From Octopus sinensis (taxonomy: Eukaryota), in assembly GCF_006345805.1 (NCBI RefSeq), contig NC_043001.1:83452001-83516000 (forward strand): a DNA stretch of 64,000 nucleotides, read 5' to 3'. The translations under genes and the position numbers were made by a program. Below, one piece after another: positions 12,690 through 25,820 of this stretch. A model generated the notes under the pieces. That model was not told where the DNA came from, searched no databases, and saw only the letters and a list, made by a program, of their open reading frames with translations. How positions within the stretch are numbered: the first letter of the stretch is position 1; the number at the start of each line of letters is the position of its first letter.

Positions 12690-13953
12690 GCTTGTCGTGG
12701 ACAGACTGGTGGGTGATGCGCAGACTTGCGCTATTCCCAACCGAACTATACACGACAACCTCCCCTCACGCGATACATCATAGAGAGGGTTGGTAAAGAA
12801 CCTGGCATGGGTGTGGCCCGGATCCATTTGGATCAATCGAAAGCTTTTGATGAGGCCGACTATCTGTACTTGGAGGGTGTTTTCCAGGCGGCTGGTTTCG
12901 GTCCTGTTTTCAGAGGCTGGGTCGCTGCAATATACAGCGACATCTGTTCGTTGATCAAGGTAAATAGCCACCTCTCGGAATCGTTTAGTATCGCACGTTC
13001 GGACCGTCAAGGATGCCTACTCTCACTCCTTCTCTAAGTACCGGCACTCAAGCCATTACTGCGGATGCAAGAGGTTTCGAGGGGAATCCTGCTTGAACTG
13101 GGATGCGGAAGGTTCATGTCGGCGTATACAGACGATGTCACCATTATAATGTCGGACATCTGGGAAATCGAGATGGTCGGCACTACCCTAAGGGAATACG
13201 AAGCGGTGACAGGAACAATGATCAACCAGAAGAAGTCAGTGAACCTGCAGCTCAGCACCTGGAGAGGCAGGCCCGTGCCAACCGATAGCGTTGTGGGGCG
13301 CTGGATGGAAGGACCTGTTAAGTTGTTCGAGCTCTACAGGCACGGGTAGGCAGTCAGTCGGGCTAGACCGAGATGCACGCAGTGCGATGAAACTGTTCTG
13401 CATGCTTTCGTACAGTGTTCGTGCATTGCTGACTTGTGGATCTTTGTCGAACAGTTATTGTCACGTTTAGGACGGATCCGGCTACCGTCCGAATCTATTG
13501 TGAAGATCGCCCCGCCGTCTTCCTTTGGCCGGGAAGAGAGGACAATTTTTCTGTCTGTTGGCTATGGCAAAAGAGGTTGTGTGGTGGACGCGATTGAAAG
13601 GGTTGAAGACGGGTACCTACCTCTTTGACTTTTTCAGTTTCCACCTGAAAATGAAACTGAGGCTGGAGAGGGAGGTACTCTCACCCAGTAAGTTCGTTGA
13701 AAGTTGCGTGAATGTGGCAAGTATGGCCTGCATAAATGGATCTCCTCTAAGTGTGCGCCTGCAGGCCGGATGGAAAGGGGAGGATGCCTTCATGGAGAGC
13801 CCTTGGTGTTAAGGGGTCCAAAGTGCGTGAGGTCTGTTTGGTCACCTTACGGTGGAATCCCACCCCACTCCATTGGGGAAGCATATTGTTAATTTAATCT
13901 GTTTGTTAATCGTTGTATTTGTTTGCTGTTTACACTCGGATGGCCAATAAAGA

Positions 13954-13960
<7 letters not shown>
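12690..13960 (+). mobile_element. Tx1/L1-group LINE 3' fragment (RT domain), degenerate
   Basis: LDQSKAFD..LEGVFQAAGFGPVFRGWV..RQGCLLS and SAYTDDVT motifs; ends with AATAAA before (TAT)n. Confidence 0.85.
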
Positions 13961-13989
<29 letters not shown>

Positions 13990-13990
<1 letters not shown>

Positions 13991-14547
13991 GAGTGAGAGA
14001 GCAGTTCATGTCATCGAAGTGACACTGGGGTAAAATATACGAAGCCCAATATACCCATCATGACTACTCGTCTGATAAGGGTACACCAGGCACATGCATC
14101 ACAACCATATGTGCGCGACATGGTGATCTCATATCAAGACAAACAGCACATGACCTTGCAGGTGGGCCCAGTTAGAATTTTCTTCAGGTTGAGTAGCCCG
14201 TCCCGCTCAAAAGGTCCCTGAATAAGGGTTGTTTAAGGATGTTGAAAGAACCACCCATGTTTCCAGAGGTGAATTATTCAAACCCCAAAGAATCCCTCTC
14301 AACACATGGCTATGATGCTCCCCCACTACTTCTGCTCATGATCAGAGATGCACATATCGTCAGCCACTAAGAGACATGCTCAACTGGTTAAGGTCAAACA
14401 ACTGACAAGCAAATCTGTGGTATTGAGCAGAATATTTGCTGTAGCCCATCTTTTATACCAAGACAAAATAATGTACATGATAACACTTCCAATCAGTTAA
14501 GATCAGAAGCCATGAGAGCCACTGCCTGGTACTGCATCGGGGAATTT
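13990..14547. mobile_element. Unclassified ~560-bp insert embedded in a (TAT)n tract
   Basis: Complex non-coding sequence bounded on both sides by (TAT)n. Confidence 0.5.
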
Positions 14548-14564
14548 ATTATTATTACTATTAC

Positions 14565-14614
<50 letters not shown>

Positions 14615-14762
14615 TTACGTTCTGAGTTCAAATTCCGCCGAGGTCGACTTTGCCTTTCATCCTTTCGGAGCCGATAAAATAAATACCAGTGGAACACTGA
14701 GGTCTATGTAATCGACTCGTCTCCTCCCCCAAAATTTCAAGGCCTTGTCTTCAGTAGAAAGG

Positions 14763-14892
<130 letters not shown>

Positions 14893-16500
14893 CGGCAAGC
14901 TAGCGGAATCGTTAGCATGTCGGGCGAAATCCTTAGTGGTATTTCGTCCGTCTTTACGTTCTAGGTTCAAATTCCACTAATGTCGACTTTGTCTTTCATC
15001 CCTTCGGGGTCGGTAAAATACGTACTAGTTGAACACTGGAGGTGGCAGTCAATTTAATCGACTTAGCTAGCCCCCTACCCTCAAATCTGCTGACCTTGTG
15101 CCAAAGTTTGAAACCATTAGTGTATAAATAAAAAGGCAGCGAACTGGCAGAATCATTAGCGCACCGGGTCAAATGCTTAGCGGCATCTTGTCTGTCTTTC
15201 ATCCTTTTGGGCTCGATAAAACTGTTGAACACTGGGGTCGATGTAATCAACTTACCCCCTCCCCTGAAATTGCTGGCTTTGTGCCAAAATTTGAACCCAT
15301 TATTATTGTGTGAAAAATTAGCAATTACCGTTGCCTTCTATTTCGTTGCTGAAATGTCATAAATTGTTGTAGTTTTTGACTGGTATATTAATGTCAGACT
15401 GATCTTATTCACAAAGAAATAACGTTCGCTATCTGAATAAGATAAAAACCACTATCTACGTTCATTCAAATTCAATATCATTCAATTTATAGTAGATATA
15501 TTTAACATCAATAAAGGAATAATGCTCACTAGCTGAATAAGATAAACCACAATATTCATTCAAATTACGATGTCATTGAATTTAAAGTAGATATCTTTAA
15601 CATTATCATGATCTATACTGCTGACATTGAGCATAGATGTGTTACAGTCTTCTTATGCGGTTTTATTGATGTTGTAGGTAGTCACTGACCAACAACATTT
15701 GCCAAACTGGTTCAGATTTCTATGTTTATGGCATTTTAATTTAAATGCTAACCGTTTCGCTTATGTATGTCTTCAACGCCAATATGACAGATGTCAAATA
15801 CATATCTTTGACACTCATCTTGTTGCCATTGATATAGCTTAACCAAAGTTACTTTATTGTTCGAATACAAATTTTTCCGTTCAATGATAGCTTCGAAGTC
15901 AGCGACCTGGCAGAATCGTTTGCATGCCGGGCGAAATGCGTGGCCATATTTCGTCTACCGTTACGTTCTTAGTTCAAATTCCGCCGAGGTCGACTTTGCC
16001 TTTCATCTTTTCGGGGTCGATAAATTAAGTACAAGTTACGCACTGGGATCGATATAATCGACTTAATCGCTTTGTCTGTCCTTGTTTGTCCACTCTGTGC
16101 TTAGCCCCTTGTGGGTAGTAAAGAAGTAGGTATTTCGTCTGTCGCTACGTTCTGAGTTCAAATTCCGCCGAGGTCGACTTCGCCTTTCATCTTTTCGGGG
16201 TCGATAAATTAAGTACCAGTTACGCACTGGGGTCGATGCAATCAACTTAATCCCTTTGTCCGTCCTTGTTTGTTCCCTCTATATTTAGCCCCTTGAAGGC
16301 AATAAAGAAATAAGAATCGTTAGAACGCCCGGCAAAATGCTTAACAACATTTCGTCCGTCTTTACGTTCTGAGGTTGACTTTGCCTTTCGTCTTTCAAGG
16401 TCGATAAAATAAGTACCGATTGAGCAGTGGGGTCGATCTAATCGACTTACTCCCATCCTCGAAATTTCTGGTCATATTCCAAAAATTTGAAATCAGTATC

Positions 16501-17019
16501 CAGTAATCCTTCGCCATATCGCGGTTCATCTATCGCGGATTATTATTTAAGCTTACATCGATTACTTTATGGTGTCGTTTTGCATTTATAATAAAATAAA
16601 TATACTCTCTCTTTATTCTTTTAAACACACCAGCAGCCGTTGTCAAGGTCTGTCAGGAAATCAACATCATCCAGAACCTCTGCATTCCTGTGTATCTCTG
16701 GTCGTGGTATAGCTTACAGACTCCAGAAATGTGATAATCTTGAGGGCTGACACTTTGAACACTTACGAGATTAACAGCGTGTCTTTTGTGTTGGAATAAA
16801 TGAGAAGCGTCAACCAACTTTTGACTATGGCCATGCTGGAGCACCGCCTTTAGTCGATCGAGTAAATCGACCCCTGGACTTATTCTTTGTAAGCCTAGTA
16901 CTTATTCTATCGGTCTCTTTTGCCGAACCGCTAAATTACGGGGACGTAAACACACCAGCATCGGTTGTCAAGAGATGCTGGGGGGACAAACACAGACAGA
17001 CAAACATATACACACACAC

Positions 17020-17117
<98 letters not shown>

Positions 17118-17417
17118 GTACATATATACGACGGGCTTCTTTCAGTTTCCATCTACCAAATCCACTCACAAGGCTTTGGTCGGCCCGAGGCTATAGTAGA
17201 AGACACTTGCCCAAGGTGCCGCACTGTGGGACTGAACCCGGGACCATGTGGTTCGTAAGCAAGCTACTTACCACATCCACTCCTACGCCTATATATACAA
17301 ATTATAAGAATAATTAAAATAAATATACAGTACAATACTGTTTCTACTTCGCGGATTTTCACGTATCACAGGAGTTTTGGGGGAACATAACATCCGCGGT
17401 AGTCGAGGGATTACTGC
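16501..17417. mobile_element. Tigger/pogo-like MITE with nested SINE A
   Basis: TIRs CAGTAATCCTTCG / CGAGGGATTACTG; nested SINE at about 16605-17292 with (GATA)n. Confidence 0.7.
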
Positions 17418-19645
17418 ATATCACTTTGAAGACGGTGAGCTGGCAGGATCGTTAAGCACAATATGCTTTGTAGCATTTGGTTCGTCTTTACATTCTGGGT
17501 TCAAATTCCGCCAAGATCGACTTTGTTTTCCATCTCTTTTTTTTTTGCCCTTCTCAAGCCTAGTCAGGCTCATGGGCCCAGTTTCCCAGTTTCTGTGGTG
17601 TGTGCGTTCTCCCCAGCTGGACGGGACGCCAGTCCATCGCAGCGTTACTCAAGAAACAGGAAGAGAGAGTGAGAGAAAGTTGTAGCGAAAGAGTACAACA
17701 GGGGTCGCCACCACTCCCTACTGGAGCCTTGTAGAGCTTTTAGGTGTTTTCGCTCAATAAACACACACAACGCCCGGTCTGGGAATCGAAACCGCGATCC
17801 TCCGACCGCGAGTTCGCTGCCCTAACCACTGGGCCATTGCGCCCTTTAAAGGCCTAGCCTGGCTCATGGGCCCGGTTTCCCGGTTTCAATGGCGTATGTG
17901 TTCCCCAGCTGGACGGGACGCCAGTCCCAAGAACACAAGGCGTCACCCGGTTCAGGAATTGAAACCACAATCTTACGATCGTGATGCTGACACCCTAACC
18001 ACTAAGCTACGCGCCTCTACTTCCATCTTTTTAGAGGTTGATAAAATAAATACCAGTTCAGCACGAGTCGATGTTATCGTCTAATCTCCTCCTTCGAAAT
18101 TTCTGATTAGTAGCCAAAAATTCAAAACGATACATACCGCTCCTAAGACCGGTATGAATCGTTAGCACGCCAGGGAAAATGCTTGGCAGCATTTCGTCCG
18201 TCTTTACATTCTGAATTCAAATTCCGCCGAGATCGACTTTGCGTTTCATCTTTTTACGAGGTTTGATCAAATAAGTAGCAGTTGAGCACTGGGGGTAGGT
18301 ATAATCGACTAAAACTCTTCCCTGAAATTGCTGACCTTGTGCCTAAATTAGAAACTAAATTATACCGCTTAAGTGTCCATGGTCGTAGCTAATAAAGATA
18401 ATTCACCATATCCTAAATCTCGATGACTTGCAAAGAGAATCAAACACCATTTTTATGTCTCCACCATCACCACCATCACCACCACCACCACCAACAGCGC
18501 AGTCCTGATATGAAACTCAGTTTTAATTATATCCTATTAGAAAGTTTCTTTCAATTAATTCAATTTACAAACTGCTGCTTCTCAATTTATTCTTAAAATA
18601 AAGTTATTAACTAATTATGTAACTTGCTTTCCAGCAATTTCACATTATCAGCTATTATTAATCTTTCGGTGAATTTAACAAGATTTTCTCATGCCGTTTT
18701 ATCTGAACGGATCTGGCATGTTCAATATTTGCATGGAAAAGCTTGTATTTGAGAATCAAAAACGCCTCAGCACTAAGTGAGGACAAAAATAGGTGTTTCT
18801 TTTTACCTCTTTTACATCATTCAGAATTATTGAGCTAACCATGTCATGGCTCCCGCTTGATTATTCAGCTTAAGGAGGTTTTTTTAACATCTTCGTCGCC
18901 ATTTTGTCATTGTGTTTTAAAGATTCGAGTAGGGAGGCCCTTGTATGCTTTCCCCGATCCACTTCTGTAACTGTAATCAATATACACAGAACTATGCTAG
19001 TTGTGACAAGACAGTGGTTGATGTAATTTTCAGAAGCTAAAACTCAGAATGACTTAGCACAGAAGACAAATTCAATAATAGCTACGGCGATGATAATCGT
19101 TAAGTCTACGAAGTAAACACACACACAGACACACAGACACACATACATATATACACATACACGCTCGAACATATATATATATATATATATATATTAATAT
19201 TGAGGTCTCTTTCTTTCTTTTGTTATCTTACCGTTTTATCAATATATATATATATATATATACACATATATATATAGGCGCAGGAATGGCTATGTGGTAA
19301 GTAGCTTGCTTACCAGCCACATGGTTCCGGGTTCCCACTGCGTGGCCCTTGAGCAAGTGTCTTCTACTATAGCCTCGGGCCGATCAAAGCCTTGTGAGTG
19401 GATTTGGTAGACGAAAACTGAAAGAAGCCCGTCGTATATATGTATATATATATATGTATGTGTCTGTGTTTGTCCCCCTAGCATTGCTTGACAACCGATG
19501 CTGGTGTGTTTACAAAAGAGACCGATAGAATAAGTACTGGGCTTACAAAGAATAAGTCCTAGAGTCGATTTGCTCGACTAAAGGCGCTGCTCCAGCATGG
19601 CCGCAGTCAAATGACTGAAACAAGTAAAAGAGTATAGAGTAAAGA

Positions 19646-19684
<39 letters not shown>

Positions 19685-19746
19685 AATAAATATATGCATA
19701 CATACATACATATATGTACGTACCTACATCTATATGTATATATACA

Positions 19747-19810
<64 letters not shown>

Positions 19811-20227
19811 GAGTACAGGACACCACAAATAAACGTAGAACACAACGAGAAACGAAAACATAAAAACAAACTAGGAAACGGACTTTTTTAACAACGAAAA
19901 AACAGAGTACAAGACAAACAATACTAGGAATATTTCCCTTCATCAGCTGTCCCTGGTTCGATTCAATGCGTGTTTCGCATGTAAGGACAGAACACGATCC
20001 GGTCGAAGCAATCCTTCTTGCAAAAGAATTAAATAAAATTCTTTTGCAGAGGGGTAAAACAAGGAAAGAAAAAAAAAGTGACAAGAACAGGACGTAAAAG
20101 CAATACAAATAAAAATACAGTACACATAAAGAATAAAAACAGGACAATGAAACCAACATTGAGGGCTTTTTTAAGCCTATATTCGTGCAAACACACACAC
20201 ATACATACATACATACATACATGTGTG

Positions 20228-20281
<54 letters not shown>

Positions 20282-20678
20282 GTGTGTGTGTGTGTGTGTG
20301 GCAATCGTTATACCCTGTTAAACGTGGATGAATTATCAGAAATACCGTTTACTGCAGCATTCGCCTTGAAACGTCCTCTCGTATAGAAGTACGCTGCTAA
20401 GAGCATAGATATACATCGCCAGCAGATAAGAACCGTATTTCTGTCACTGGTTGCAAATGGCCAACAGGCATACTGTAAGATAGATATTAACAACAAAAGC
20501 AGTATCAATACAAAATGACAATTTTTATATCCGACTAAACGAGGAGGTAGTATTAGAATGCTGAATATTGAGGTTCGCCTTGAGAGGTCCGCTCTTACAG
20601 ACGTATGGTACTTAGAGCGCAGATATGTATCGTTAGCAGACAAGGACGGCCAATCTTTTATAGAAAAAAGTGAATGGG

Positions 20679-21010
20679 GTACAGTGAACTTGCCGTGAGG
20701 AGTGGAACATCGAACGTTTCGGATTTAATCCTTCGTCAGGAGGCAGAGAAAAAGAGAAGAAAAAGAGAAAAAGTCAGTTTAGCAGTCAGCAGAGAAGGAA
20801 AAAGAAAGAAAAATCTTTAAAGTGTGGTGCAACTGTGAGTTGAGACGTTTAAGTGTAGGCATAGCGAGAAAGGCAGTTCGCAGAATTTAGTGGTTGGGTA
20901 TAATAATCAGGCAATAATCTAGTAGTACAGTGAACTTGCCGTGAGGAGTGGAATGTTCAACATTTCGGATTCAATTCTTCGTCAGGGGGCAGAGAAAAAG
21001 AGAAAAGTCA
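20679..21010 (-). mobile_element. Direct repeat pair (period 246 bp), each with a hammerhead-like motif
   Basis: GTACAGTGAACTTGCCGTGAGGAGTGGAA at 20679 and 20925; minus strand CTGACGA-A-GGAT-TAA-ATCC-GAAACGTT at 20713-20739 and a degenerate copy at 20959-20985. Confidence 0.6.
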
Positions 21011-21839
21011 TCTTTTACTCGCTTCAGTCAAAAGACTGCGTTCATGCTGGAGAGCCAGCTTGAAGAATTTTTAGTCAAATGAATATAAATCGACCCCAGT
21101 ACTTTTTTAAAAAAAACTTGGCACTTATTCTATCTGTCTCGCTTGCTATAAAACTAAGTTACGGGGACGTAAACACACCAGCAGCCGTTGTCAAGGCCTG
21201 TCAGGAAATCAACATCATCCAGAACCTCTACATTCCTGTGTGTCTCTGGTCGTGGTATGGCTTACAGACTCCAGAAATGTGATAATCTTGAGGGCTGACA
21301 CTTTGAACACTTACGAGATTAACAGCGTGTCTTTTGTGTTGGAATAAATGAGAAGCGTCAACCAACTTTTCCCTCATCCTGAATGCAAGGTCACTGTAGC
21401 CATGTAATGACACACCCGCCTTTCTCGGACGATTGACTATTCTTTTCCTTCTCTCCAGACTTTTCCTCTTTCTTATTTCTTTACTGCCCACAAGGGGCTA
21501 CACACAGATGGGACAAACAAGGACAGACAAACGGATTAAGTCGATTATATCGACCCCAGTGCGTAACAGGTAATTATTTAATCGACCCCGAGAGGATGAA
21601 AGGCAAAGTCGACCTCGACGGAATTTGAAATCAGAACGTAACGGCAGGCGAAATACGTCTACGCATTTCGTCCGGCGTGCTAACGTTTCTACCAGATCGC
21701 CGCCTCTTTCTGACGAAGTCATGCTCGAAACGTCACACTTCCTCTTCTTTCCATCTTAAACTGAGTATCAACCAAATACATTTCCTGTGTACATCCATTT
21801 GACTCTTGTTTTTGTTTTCATTATTGATTTACATGTGTC

Positions 21840-21895
<56 letters not shown>

Positions 21896-22344
21896 CGTAC
21901 GTACGTATGTATGTACTGACAAATACATGTTTGTTGACAAAGGGGAGAACAGCTGGATAAGTGCTGGATTCTAACAGATCTGATGCAACCTGCGTTACTC
22001 TGCGTGTGTGATAATTATTATTGCACTAAACAGCATGTATGGGTAATTTGAAATGTGTTCTGAGGCAAACATAACGTTTCTAGTGATCACTGCAAATGCT
22101 TGAACTAATATAAAACAAACACTTGTAGTTTCACATAAATTTCCTTTCCCCTTTTGCTCACATACATATCCTCACCTATTGTTATCTAGTATATTGTATG
22201 TTATATCGACCATCTTATTGCTTCCTTCTTACATTACATAGATATGCAACCAATCATTAAAGCTTCTCATATATAATCCGTTTTGGGTTATTCAGTTGTT
22301 TTCTAAGATAAACCATCCATTTTATTACGTTTATCGTTCAGCCA

Positions 22345-22510
22345 TTAATCCTTCAACCTGCGAGTACGCTTTAACGGGGCCGATTTCGTTTGAATTACTT
22401 ATGGAAGATGCAGAAGAGGGTAACCAAATAGTTTTGTGCTTACGGCTTGCTAAATAGCAAAAACAGCGTTATTTTTCGGCTGTAAACTCGCAGGTTCAAA
22501 AGATTAATGA
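22345..22510. mobile_element. TTAA-flanked MITE
   Basis: IR TTAATCCTTCAACCTGCGAGT / ACTCGCAGGTTCAAAAGATTAA. Confidence 0.6.
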
Positions 22511-22652
22511 TGGACTAAAGATTATCTCGGTTGCAATTATAGACATACGTCGACTTCTTTAATGATATTACTTCTATAAGATTTACGGAGATGTACTTGC
22601 ATAGCAAGTGACCTGATCAGAGATCGTTTGCTAAAGCAAAAACACTTGCACC

Positions 22653-22840
22653 ACACAAAAACCGTTAGATTCACTTCAACATTTAAATTTAATCTGTGTC
22701 AAAATATTTTCGTTTTCAAACTGCGACCTGTTCACTGACAAAATTCCGTGATGCAGCGAACAGGTCGCGGTTTCAAAGCGACGAAAATATTTTGACAAAT
22801 TAAATTTAAATGTTGAAGTGAATCTAACGGCTTTTTGTGT
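22653..22840. repeat. Long inverted repeat (~85-bp arms)
   Basis: CCGTTAGATTCACTTCAACATTTAAATTTAAT... pairs with ...ATTAAATTTAAATGTTGAAGTGAATCTAACGG. Confidence 0.85.
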
Positions 22841-22851
22841 GTTTCTTAAAT

Positions 22852-23081
22852 ATATCTTTACTGCCCACAAGGGGCTAAACACAGAGGGGACAAACAAGGA
22901 CAGACAAAGGGATTAAATCGATTACATCGACCCCAGTGCGTAACTGGTGCTTTATTTATCGACCCCGAAAGGATGAAAGGCAAAGTTGACCTCGGCGGAA
23001 TTTGAACTCAGAACGTAACGGCAGACGAAATACGGCTGCGCATTTCGGCTGGCGTGCTAACGTTTCTGCCAGCTCACCGCC
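22852..23081 (-). mobile_element. Full-length SINE family B with 16-bp TSD
   Basis: TSD TGTGTGTTTCTTAAAT at 22836-22851 and 23082-23097. Confidence 0.9.
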
Positions 23082-24004
23082 TGTGTGTTTCTTAAATGGC
23101 TTACAAACACCTTGCACGCTGCAATTGTTCTATATTATACTACTGATATTTTTATGATCCTCCTCTTGCGTTATTTGCTAAATTTACTTTATTTCATTAT
23201 ATTTTTGTGAACTGTTCTGATAATGTCATCTTCATCACATACCCTTGTAACGAATAAAAGAAATCATTACTGGAATCATAAGCACACATGACAAAATGCG
23301 TTGTGGTATTTCTTCTGGTTCTTTAAGCAGAAAAGGCTGTGTGGTAAGTAGCTTGCTTACCAACCACATGGTTCTGGGTTCAATCCCACTGCGTAGTACC
23401 TTGGGTACCTTCTAATATAGCCTCGGGCTGACCAAAGCCTTGTGAGTGGATTTGGTAGACGGAAACTGAAAGAAGCCCGTCGTATATATATGTATGTGTA
23501 TGTATGTCTGTGTTTGCCCCCCAACATCACTTGACAACTGATGCTGGTGTGCTTACGTCCCCGTAACTTAGCAGTTCAGCAAACAAACACGATAGAATAA
23601 GTACTAGGCTTACAAAGAATAAGTCCTCGGGTCGATTTGCTCGACTAAAAGGCGGTACTCCAGCATGGCCACAGTCAAATGACTGAAACAAGTAAAAGAG
23701 TACTGAGATCAAATTCCACCAAGGTCAACCCTGCCTTATGGGTTCGATAAAATAAAGTACCAGTTGAACACTGGGGTTGATGTAATTGACCTACACCGTA
23801 CCCTAAAATTACTTATCTCGAGCCAGAATTTGAAATAATCATTATCATAATCATCATCACTATTATCATCAACTTGGGAGGTAATTAAGACCTTTTCTTT
23901 CTACTAGTATGAAACAGGGAAAATCTACATTATGGCTTGACCAGTTAGAAATACCAGTTAAATCTCCCTCAAAGCATACACGATCGTCTTTAAAATTTAG
24001 GACA

Positions 24005-24639
24005 TACTAGGCTGAGGCAAAAGATTTTTCGGATTTTCACTGACGGTTTTTGACAACTTGCATCTCCATGTTATATCATTAATTTGATACAACTTGTCCA
24101 ATTATTGTTGAATAGTTTGTTTTATTTTCATGTATAGCATATAAACATGGTTTGTTCTTTATTTTACAGCTTTGACAACGTGTGATGAAAATTACAATTG
24201 GAGCCATTTTACGCTACCTGTGGAAAAATAAAAAGGGACTGAGTGCTAGGGTAACAGTGAAACAAATCAACGATGTTGAAGGCCCAGGAACTGTCAATGA
24301 ACATACGACACAAAACTAGTTCAGATGTTCCAAGGAAGATGATATCAGCCTCAAAGACAAACCTTCTGTTGTGGAAGATGTGACCTTGTTTGAAATGGTT
24401 GAACAACAAATTAACAGGTGATGGTAAATCAATTAATGCTCTATTTACAATTTGTAAAACAGGATGAGTTTTTCGTAATGAACTACTAAGCATATTTATA
24501 TTTAAATACCGTAATACAAGTACTCGTGCTTTGTCAGCAAAACTTGGTCCTTCACAAAGCATCTTCAATAGACACCTCCAGAAGCTCGTCCTTGTGAACA
24601 GACACTGTTGAGAAGCTCTTCATGAACTGACCAATGACC

Positions 24640-24640
<1 letters not shown>
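24005..24640 (+). mobile_element. Truncated mariner transposon (N-terminal HTH relic)
   Basis: MKITIGAILRYLW..INDVEGPGTVNE..FR..EDDISLKDKP and TSTRALSAKLG peptides with stops and an internal insertion. Confidence 0.7.
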
Positions 24641-24677
<37 letters not shown>

Positions 24678-24727
24678 CTGTATATGCTAGCATGAAAAAT
24701 GGACGTTAAAAGATTATGATGATGATG

Positions 24728-24760
<33 letters not shown>

Positions 24761-24767
24761 ATATATA

Positions 24768-25235
24768 TCATCATCATCATCATCATCGTTTAATGTCCAC
24801 TTTCCATGCTGGCATGGGTTGGACGTTTTGACTGGGGACTGGCGAGCCAGATGGCTGCACCAGGCTCCAATCTGATCTGGCAGAGTTTCTACAGCTGAAT
24901 GCCCTTCTTAACGCCAACCACTCTGAGAGTGTAGCTGGTGCTTCTACATGCCACTAGCACGAGGGCCAGTAAGGCGGTACTGCCAACGGCCACGCTCAAA
25001 TGGTGCTTTTACATGTCACCTGCACAGGAGCCAGTCCAGCGGCACTGGCAATGCCCTCGCCCAAATGTTGTTTTTCACATACCACCGGCACAAGTGCCAG
25101 TAAGGCGACACTGGTAACGATCACACTCGAATGGTGCTTTTTATATGCCACCGGCATGAGGGCCAGTCAGCGGCCCTGGCAACAATCACACTCGGATGGT
25201 GCTCCTAGCACTCCACTAGCACGGATGCCAGTGAT
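24768..25235 (-). mobile_element. 3'-end copy of RTE-related element (family D)
   Basis: Homologous to 62660-63110; (ATG)n tail and internal ~60-bp repeats. Confidence 0.75.
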
Positions 25236-25709
25236 ACAGTGCTGTCATCGAATTATCATCATTTAACGTCCATGTCCCTTTCTAAAATGTGTGTATTGGA
25301 TGCTTTACTATCGTGTTCCAATGTCAGCTTTGGTATAGTTTCTATGACTGGATGCCCTATGACTAGATGCCCTTCCTATGCCATGTGTATGTATGTATGT
25401 ATGTATGTATGCATGCATGTGTGTGTGTATGGGTGTGTGTGCATGTGTGTGTGTGATTATGGGTACATGCATGTGTTTGTTTACATTTTCAGTGAGTGTT
25501 AGCAACATGAACAGCATCAGGCTGGAAAACAATGCCTGATCAAAACATTCATCTAACTCATGCTACCACAGTAAAACGGACATGAAAATGAATGGAAAGA
25601 GTGAATTACAAAATAAAAATTTTATTTTGTAATTCATTATATAATAAAAAAAACAACAAACATTTAAACAAATCATTAAAAATGTGTAAATAAGATTTTA
25701 TATATATAT

Positions 25710-25776
<67 letters not shown>

Positions 25777-25820
25777 AGCAGACAGTATTTGTTTTATTCA
25801 AGTTTTAAATACATCAGTAT

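Noticed and set aside
19595-19640. SINE A tail AGTC-AAAT-GACT-GAAAC-AA-GTA resembling the 3' half of a hammerhead
   Set aside because: No CTGANGA core lies upstream in any copy; it is better explained as a LINE-type terminal stem-loop.
19925-19990. Minus-strand GAAAC...CTGATGA in permuted order as a type II/III hammerhead
   Set aside because: I could not form convincing stems I and II or a clear cleavage triplet in this copy.
20308-20643. Possible GIY-YIG endonuclease relic next to the tandem hammerheads
   Set aside because: Translation in several frames gave no convincing GIY-YIG motif; a profile search would be needed.
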